From the NCBI GenBank assembly GCA_038062915.1, contig JBBTWD010000012.1:1-42010 (forward strand): a stretch of DNA of 42,010 nucleotides, in the 5' to 3' direction. This stretch comes from Patescibacteria group bacterium (GTDB lineage Bacteria; Patescibacteriota; Microgenomatia; UBA8517). The translations under genes were made by a program, and so were the position numbers. Shown piece by piece: positions 35,966-42,010 of this stretch. How positions within the stretch are numbered: the stretch's first letter is position 1; the number at the start of each line of letters is the position of its first letter. The notes beneath the pieces were generated by a model that had not been told where the DNA came from, made no database searches, and saw nothing but the letters and a program-made list of their open reading frames with translations.

Positions 35966-36972
35966 TCGTGCATTGCAAGACCAACCGCAACAGCATAAAG
36001 AGGCGCGTAAGGACTTAACTTCTTAGCAACATCCGGATCAACAGAGAGTTTTGAAAATGGATTGCCTATTACGACCTCCATGCCCAGTAAGCCCGATATT
36101 GTGGAAATAATTTCAGGCATTCCGCTTGTTCCTCCGGAAATTATAACCGCGCCGGGGATATCCCCCTTTTCCTCTTGCTGATAATAATGAATCGCTTTTA
36201 TAACCTCATCAACCACCATTCTTAAAATTGGATCAAGTGCCCCTTTGATTTTCCCCTCAAGCTGGGCCGAGGCTAAACCATAAGTCTTTTTATATTCTTC
36301 AGCCTGCATGGGGCTCACTCCCAAATTCTGCGAAACCGCTCTTGTAAAAGCTTCACCGGCAATTGGGATCGATCTCGAAAAGGACAAAAGCCCGTTCTTT
36401 GCAATTGCGATATCTGTCGAATTTGCCCCGAAATCGATAAGAAGCACTGTTTTATCACTCGGAGCAAGTGATCGGCATAATGCCATTAATTCCGTTTCAA
36501 CAATCACCGGATTTAAATTTGCGGATTGGACTATTTTTACACATTTCTCAACAACAGTCCGGGGAGCCGCGACTAAGAGTACAGTAACTCCGGAGGGAAT
36601 TGATTTTTCATTTCTTTCCAAAATCAAGTGCTGGATAATAGCTTCAGAAACTGGGATGGGAATATATTGCTCCGCTTCCCATTTAATGGCTGATGCAATC
36701 TCCGAATCAGTCAATAAAGGAAAACGTATGGTCCGGGTAAACACCTGCTGTTCGGGAAGGCTGATTGCGCAATCGCGCGAAGAGATTCCGGCTTCTTTAT
36801 GAAGTTTTTTTATAATCTGGGAAATTTCCGCAATTTCTTTTTCGTCCTCAATTTTATTCGGAAGTGTTCCTGAAAGGGCTACAATACCGGTTGCCGATAG
36901 CCCATATCCACTACCGGATTTATCAACTTCAACTATCTTAATTGTTTTTGTACCTATATCAAGTCCTACCAT
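35962..36972 (-). CDS. pilM: Type IV pilus assembly protein PilM
   Basis: VGLDIG; EAEQYIP; IDFGA; SGG; AVAVGLA. Confidence 0.93.
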   Translation of the reverse strand: MVGLDIGTKTIKIVEVDKSGSGYGLSATGIVALSGTLPNKIEDEKEIAEISQIIKKLHKEAGISSRDCAISLPEQQVFTRTIRFPLLTDSEIASAIKWEAEQYIPIPVSEAIIQHLILERNEKSIPSGVTVLLVAAPRTVVEKCVKIVQSANLNPVIVETELMALCRSLAPSDKTVLLIDFGANSTDIAIAKNGLLSFSRSIPIAGEAFTRAVSQNLGVSPMQAEEYKKTYGLASAQLEGKIKGALDPILRMVVDEVIKAIHYYQQEEKGDIPGAVIISGGTSGMPEIISTISGLLGMEVVIGNPFSKLSVDPDVAKKLSPYAPLYAVAVGLAMHE

Positions 36973-36984
36973 GGGCAGATTAAT

Positions 36985-37821
36985 TTATTTTACCAAACCA
37001 ACTGAACTAAAGACAGCGTTATCAAAAATCATCGGCGCTTCCGACCAGCTTTGAAAAACCTCAAGTTTTCTATTTGCTTCCCCCGAAGAACCTGTTGAAG
37101 ATATCAAAGATCCCTGCGAAGGCAGAGTATCTCCCGCTACTTGAAAACCTATTTCATGGTTTTCGGTGGTATTGTAAAACATTTTTACCCTCGCAAATTT
37201 CAACCCTCCGTCAGGAAGACTTGGAATCCCAAAAGTCTTCCCAAATTGATAGGATTTATCTCCTATTATACAAGTTCCGTTTGTTGTGTCCGGGCTATTA
37301 AAATTATTACCTCTTGCGGGTTTTGGATCAAAAGCGACGCGGCCGATTTTAAGCGTCCCATTATTATAGAAAGTGCTTGCCTCTATCGCCGGAGTTTCCG
37401 GGGAAGAAACCGCTGTCCCCGGTTTTCCCCAGCAAACCTTCAGGGAATTACCGGAAAAGCAGGCGTGAGAACCGTCGCAAATTAAATTCCCACTTGCGTC
37501 ATGGTTCATAAACCATAAAGTCGCTGAATCACCCGAAGCCAAATTAAAAGGATAATTAAAAGTATTTGTACCTTCAGAAAAACCCGAAACAACGGCATTA
37601 AAGCTGGCATTTTCAAACGTTCCCGGCGAAGAACCAATAACCAATGCCCTTTCAATTCCCGCCTCGGCAGCCGAAAAAGCCCGGATAGCCTCTTCTCCTC
37701 TTGAAGAAACCGCAATATCGGTTACCGATCTTGAAAGAATATATAAAACAAGCGTTAAAACCACAGACATAGAAAGAAGAACTATAACAAGGACTTGCCC
37801 TTTTTGATTACGAATTACCAT
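36985..37821 (-). CDS. PilX-like minor pilin
   Basis: NQKG|QVLVIVLL class III signal; AFSAAEAGIE. Confidence 0.8.
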   Translation of the reverse strand: MVIRNQKGQVLVIVLLSMSVVLTLVLYILSRSVTDIAVSSRGEEAIRAFSAAEAGIERALVIGSSPGTFENASFNAVVSGFSEGTNTFNYPFNLASGDSATLWFMNHDASGNLICDGSHACFSGNSLKVCWGKPGTAVSSPETPAIEASTFYNNGTLKIGRVAFDPKPARGNNFNSPDTTNGTCIIGDKSYQFGKTFGIPSLPDGGLKFARVKMFYNTTENHEIGFQVAGDTLPSQGSLISSTGSSGEANRKLEVFQSWSEAPMIFDNAVFSSVGLVK

Positions 37822-37880
37822 CAAATTAAATATAGCACAACAAGACAATTACTTGCTATACTTATTAATATTATACCCCG

Positions 37881-38549
37881 ATGACAAAGTTGATTAAAAC
37901 AATAATCTTAGGAACCCTGATAGTGCTTTTTGCTATAACTACCTATTTAGGCTATAAACATTACGGCCAGACAAAAACCATTACCCCCGAGAATATCGGC
38001 AAGCCCCAAGAAATAATAGTTAAAGGCGTAGTCAAAAAAGGCAAAGATCTTGAGCTTCAAAAATCATACTGCCCCGACCAGCTTTATATTCTGGTTGATA
38101 AAGGAAATGCATATATCGGGGGAGGCCAAGTTTTTCAACTGCGAACTCCGGATAACCTAAAAGTTGCGGCGCCAACTGAATATGCAAAATACAGGGAGTC
38201 CGTAGTTAAAATTACCGGAACCTACCAAAATCTTGCCCCAAATTGTAGCGGAATCAACAAAGACTGCTCATGTGATCCCTTTATTTTAGTAAAAGATATT
38301 GAAAAACCAGGTAGCTCTTTCTCCACATCCCCGATTTTTTCCGGCGTAATTTCCTGCCTCCCTGATACGGCCGATGAAGATTGCATTCTGGCTTTTCTTG
38401 ATGACAGCGGAAATTTTTACGCTCTAAGAAATATTGCGGATGATTTAATCGTCAAAGGTACTACCCTTTCCTTCACCGGCGAACTCACTCCGACTCCGAA
38501 TACGGGGGATGGGGTAGAGGGGGTAGTAGATGTGATTGAAGTGAGGTGA
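37881..38549 (+). CDS. Membrane-anchored Cys-containing hypothetical protein
   Basis: N-terminal TM; beta-rich body with six Cys. Confidence 0.7.
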   Translation: MTKLIKTIILGTLIVLFAITTYLGYKHYGQTKTITPENIGKPQEIIVKGVVKKGKDLELQKSYCPDQLYILVDKGNAYIGGGQVFQLRTPDNLKVAAPTEYAKYRESVVKITGTYQNLAPNCSGINKDCSCDPFILVKDIEKPGSSFSTSPIFSGVISCLPDTADEDCILAFLDDSGNFYALRNIADDLIVKGTTLSFTGELTPTPNTGDGVEGVVDVIEVR

Positions 38550-38561
38550 TATAATCTGAAA

Positions 38562-38867
38562 GTGAAAACAAAGAAACTTCCTTCATTTTTTAAACCTTAT
38601 TTTTGGGATGTGGATTTTTCTCGTCTGGATTTGTCCAAAAACCCAGAGTTCATAATTAAAAGGACTCTAGACAGGGGAAATACAGAATCTTTAAAATGGA
38701 TTGTTGATTATTATCCAAAGGAAAAAATCAAAAAAACAATACTTATGAGTCGCGATTTATCCCAAAAAACCGCTAATTTTTGGGCTGATGTATATAACCT
38801 GGATCGTACAAAAATATTATGTTTACAAAAACCCTACTCCCCGATACAGTTCGGGCTATCCAGTTAG
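38562..38867 (+). CDS. DUF6922-like putative antitoxin partner of the AbiEii-type NTase
   Basis: YFWDVD...FIIKRTLDRG...NFW. Confidence 0.75.
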   Translation: MKTKKLPSFFKPYFWDVDFSRLDLSKNPEFIIKRTLDRGNTESLKWIVDYYPKEKIKKTILMSRDLSQKTANFWADVYNLDRTKILCLQKPYSPIQFGLSS

Positions 38868-39451
38868 TTTCGGACATATTGATTGTTAAAAATGCATATC
38901 TGGCGGGGGGAACTGCGTTAGCTCTTCATTTAGGGCATAGGGTTTCGGTTGATTTAGATTTTTTTACACAGGAGGAACTCGCGGAAAATATTCTATCTCA
39001 AGATTTAAACCGCTTGTCTGAATTCAAACAGGAAGGGAAAGCGTGGAGAACTGTTTGGGGAAAAATCGGAAAAACAAAGTTTAGTTTGTTTTACTACAAG
39101 TATCCATTACTTGCTCCTACCCATAAATTCATGGGGATTAACTTACTAGATTTAAAAGACATTTCAGCTATGAAAATAGCAGCACTTGGTGACAGAGGAA
39201 CAAAAAGAGATTTTATTGATTTATTTTTCCTAACTAAAAATTATTCCCTTGATGAAATGCTCGCATTTTATAATCAAAAATATGGAGATTTAGAATCCAA
39301 GTTGTATCATTTAACAAGAAGTTTTGATTATTTCGCAGATGCCGAAAACGATAGTCTTCCGAAAATGTTAGGAAAAATGTCTTGGAAGGAAATTAAAGAA
39401 TTTTTTCATAAAGAATCGATGAGGCTTGCTAAACTTAATGGTTTCTCATAA
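38819..39451 (+). CDS. AbiEii/AbiGii-family nucleotidyltransferase
   Basis: YLAGGTAL...HRVSVDLDFF; MKIAAL.DRG.KRDFIDL. Confidence 0.9.
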   Translation: MFTKTLLPDTVRAIQLVSDILIVKNAYLAGGTALALHLGHRVSVDLDFFTQEELAENILSQDLNRLSEFKQEGKAWRTVWGKIGKTKFSLFYYKYPLLAPTHKFMGINLLDLKDISAMKIAALGDRGTKRDFIDLFFLTKNYSLDEMLAFYNQKYGDLESKLYHLTRSFDYFADAENDSLPKMLGKMSWKEIKEFFHKESMRLAKLNGFS

Positions 39452-39547
39452 TTCCCATGTTCTAGTTACCAGTGCAATCCTTTAGGTATTTATTAAACAC
39501 CTCAATGGGTCTATCGCAGGGGGTTGCGATCGTTTCTAGAACTTGTG

Positions 39548-39571
39548 TGACCAAATTAGCTATGCGGTGTG
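39548..39571 (+). repeat. Direct repeat A, copy 1 (copy 2 at 40081-40104), flanking the MNT-HEPN pair
   Basis: TGACCAAATTAGC identical; 20/24 overall. Confidence 0.65.
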
Positions 39572-39586
39572 TGATATAATCAAGCA

Positions 39587-39892
39587 ATGAAAGTAAGTAA
39601 CTTAGAGGAGGCTAAAAAAATAATTAAAAAGGAGAAACCTATTTTGGCTCGTGATTTTGGTGTCTCCAAAATTGGGTTTTTTGGTTCTTTTGTTTTTAAT
39701 GACTTTACACCTAAAAGTGATGTCGATATTTTAGTTGACCTCGCGAAAGAAAGTAATTTAAGTTTATTGGATCTAATTCACATTGAGAATCACTTAAGCC
39801 ATAAATTGGGAAGAAAAGTTGATTTGATAACCAAAAATGGTTTAAAACCATACATTAAAAACGTCGTTCTTAATTCAGTTGTTTATGTCTAA
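39587..39892 (+). CDS. Minimal nucleotidyltransferase (MNT) antitoxin
   Basis: FGS...SDVDILV; LGRKVDL. Confidence 0.9.
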   Translation: MKVSNLEEAKKIIKKEKPILARDFGVSKIGFFGSFVFNDFTPKSDVDILVDLAKESNLSLLDLIHIENHLSHKLGRKVDLITKNGLKPYIKNVVLNSVVYV

Positions 39893-40067
39893 CAAAAGAA
39901 AAGATTATAGATTATATCTAGTCGATATCGAAACTTCTTGCTCCAAAATACTAAAATACTCCAAAAATAAAACCAAAACCCAGTGGGAAACGGTCAAAAA
40001 AGATATACCTGCTTTAAGAAAACAAATTGCTGAAATTTTGAAAAATCCACAACTTGACCTCGTTTGA
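39885..40067 (+). pseudogene. HEPN/DUF86 toxin with in-frame internal deletion
   Basis: N-terminal YLVDIETSCSKILKY joined directly to C-terminal WETVKKDIPAL; no RxxxxH motif. Confidence 0.75.
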
Positions 40068-40160
40068 CGGCCTTGACTTTTGACCAAATTAGCCATAGGG
40101 TATGCCTTGACTATTTCATCCCTAATGAGGTATTCTTGGAGAAGCTAAATAGTCCAGGGG

Positions 40161-40532
40161 TTGCGATTCAACCTAGAATGTAGGTTCGTCCCCATGAAGG
40201 GGACAGATATATTTTGCGGAGGTAATCTAAGTTTAGCGAACAGATTTAAAAATAAATTAAATCCTGTAGAAGAAACAGCGTTACGAGAAAAAATCATGGA
40301 AAACTCTATTAAAAAAGGCTATGCTATGATTGGTAGAAGTGATCTTAGGCTATTAGATGATTTATTAGTTATCGACAATACTTTGGAAAGTTGGATTTGG
40401 AGAAATAGTATTGTTACTGCACCTCTGTTTCACATATACAATTTAGTTCAGGAAACAGTAAATCCAACTGGAAGTTTCGTTAAAGAAGGTGGATACTCAT
40501 TTGATTTAAAAGTTATTAGAGAGGATTTTTAA
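40161..40532 (+). CDS. Hypothetical protein, possibly a 5'-truncated fragment
   Basis: Open frame ending 1 nt before the HAD gene; start uncertain (TTG lies inside repeat B). Confidence 0.45.
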   Translation: MRFNLECRFVPMKGTDIFCGGNLSLANRFKNKLNPVEETALREKIMENSIKKGYAMIGRSDLRLLDDLLVIDNTLESWIWRNSIVTAPLFHIYNLVQETVNPTGSFVKEGGYSFDLKVIREDF

Positions 40533-40533
40533 T

Positions 40534-41136
40534 ATGCAAGACACACTTAATTTGGATGGAATAAAGTTAGTTATCTTTGATTTGTGTGGTGTTCTAATAA
40601 ATGTTTCGTGGGAGAATATGGAAGAAGTTCTTAAGAAGAATAGTATTTCAATACCTGCTGAATTTTTTAGAAAGACATCAGAAGAAATTTTCCAACTACA
40701 TAAATTCAATCACATTGAAGATGGTGTTGATATATTTTTAAAAAGATTAGGGTTGGAAGATAATAAACAATTAAGACAGACTCAAATTAATTTTATAAAT
40801 AATTGGGGTAAATTAGCGACACAAAATTCAGATGGAATTAAACTACTTAGATTAGCACAAGAACATAAACTTAAAACTGCAGTGTTGTCTAATGTTTTTC
40901 CTGTCCAAGAGTCGTGGAAAAAAGATTGGAGTATTGATAATATAGATAAATTTTTCTTTTCCTATGAAACGGGAGTACAAAAACCAGATAAACAAGCATT
41001 TTTAAATGCCATCAATTATTTTGGTGTTAAATCTAGCGAGTGTTTAATGATTGGTGATAGCAATAAAAAAGATATAGTACCAGCTAATGAATTAGGAATG
41101 AAAACACTATATTTTGGTACAAAGATTGTCAATTAA
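40534..41136 (+). CDS. HAD-family hydrolase
   Basis: FDLCGVL; LSN; KP; IGDSNKKD. Confidence 0.9.
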   Translation: MQDTLNLDGIKLVIFDLCGVLINVSWENMEEVLKKNSISIPAEFFRKTSEEIFQLHKFNHIEDGVDIFLKRLGLEDNKQLRQTQINFINNWGKLATQNSDGIKLLRLAQEHKLKTAVLSNVFPVQESWKKDWSIDNIDKFFFSYETGVQKPDKQAFLNAINYFGVKSSECLMIGDSNKKDIVPANELGMKTLYFGTKIVN

Positions 41137-41200
41137 TTCTCTAATTTTCCAACGTACTCTCCAGAATTTGGAAAGTTATTTTTATAATCCTCAACTAATT

Positions 41201-41893
41201 TTATCCAAAAACCGGGGCCTGACGGCCCTTTGTTAAATAGTTTCTCCATTTTCCCTTCTTTAAAATATCAGGAATGGATTTGTTGAGATTTTCTTTAAAA
41301 TAGTTTTCTAACTTCTTTACAGCAGGCTTATCATTACCTCCTGGATTTGTATAGATTGCTAATGCCTCTTTAAGAACTTCATACCTTTCGTTTCCCAGCT
41401 CTTTTTTTAAATCTGAATAGTAATAATAAAACATAAAATGATTTAGTTCGTGCAAAGCTATTTTTATGTGGCTTCTCAAGTCTTGATTCTTTCCACTCAT
41501 AAACCACCTTTCTTTAAAATTGTAGGGAAATATATTTACAGTAGTTAAATAGACGATAATTTTTTCAAAGGGAAATTTTTCTTTGTAAACACCTTCTAGT
41601 TTGTGAATTATTTCATCCTTCTTCGAGTTTAGGTTTTTCTGCAACCAATCAATAATTACGGGGGTAGTGTTTGCGTGATTTTCTCGATACCAGTCGAGAT
41701 ATTTTATTATTTTTTTCTTTGCTTCATTTTTTGTTTTTGCTTTATCTAGGTTATCTTTAAAATATTGGGGAAAATTTCTTAATAATTTTTCACGAAGATT
41801 TATCCTTCCGTGTTTTATATACGCAAATTTCCACACTGAATCTAAATAATTCCAGATGTCCTTTTCTTGAGAATAAGAAATCATAAACTTCAT
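41201..41893 (-). CDS. Hypothetical protein with HExxH motif (possible zincin)
   Basis: HELNH followed by KEALA. Confidence 0.6.
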   Translation of the reverse strand: MKFMISYSQEKDIWNYLDSVWKFAYIKHGRINLREKLLRNFPQYFKDNLDKAKTKNEAKKKIIKYLDWYRENHANTTPVIIDWLQKNLNSKKDEIIHKLEGVYKEKFPFEKIIVYLTTVNIFPYNFKERWFMSGKNQDLRSHIKIALHELNHFMFYYYYSDLKKELGNERYEVLKEALAIYTNPGGNDKPAVKKLENYFKENLNKSIPDILKKGKWRNYLTKGRQAPVFG

Positions 41894-42010
41894 AGGTAAG
41901 TTTTCTAGATCATAAAAACTTCGAACTACCTGTTATCCTCCGTACCACCACCCGCTTCATCGTTTAATTGCGGATCGCTGGATATCAGAGATGTTAGGAT
42001 CGAATTGTTA

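Noticed and set aside
160-40709. Many short antisense or overlapping ORFs in the track (e.g. 160..384, 2922..3353, 5919..6110, 13944..14306, 27046..27678, 36308..36802)
   Set aside because: They are shadows of well-supported genes on the opposite strand or frame and carry no recognisable motifs
41926-42010. Possible 3' end of a minus-strand gene at the window edge
   Set aside because: Only 27 codons visible, with no motif; not enough to call

Overview
AT-rich bacterial chromosome segment using the standard code (TGA is used as a stop). Its features fit a Patescibacteria/CPR genome, probably Microgenomates; this is inferred from domain-trimmed housekeeping proteins, many apparently leaderless genes, a PilM/N/O cluster with no secretin here, and CCA-less tRNA genes. 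Core genes: five tRNAs (3 Leu, one partial; Val; Ala), dinB, tig, typA, thrS-infC-rpmI-rplT-pheS-pheT, a class A PBP, tyrS, recG, rpmF-nusB-acp-like-rnc-rpsP-khpA and pilX-like/M/N/O. There are two accessory zones. The first is a ~9.8 kb island after tRNA-Ala(GGC), bounded by a 21-bp perfect inverted repeat and containing truncated, opposite-strand-fused gene fragments. The second is a toxin-antitoxin-rich zone at 38.5-42 kb. Most notable signals: (1) a solo GIY-YIG gene that appears to have inserted into tRNA-Leu(TAG), duplicating its 5' end, with a GC-rich hairpin inserted in the dead copy and similar hairpins in frame in pheT and another gene; (2) an orphan ~80-nt sRNA with its own promoter and terminator; (3) an RRM gene that apparently starts at AUU behind a perfect SD; (4) a TrpR-like repressor bracketed by two 28-bp palindromes, one ahead of tyrS; (5) an atypical short T-box before thrS; (6) an ACP-like protein lacking the carrier Ser; (7) several small ORFs missing from the ORF track. 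All calls come from reading the sequence by eye; no searches were run.
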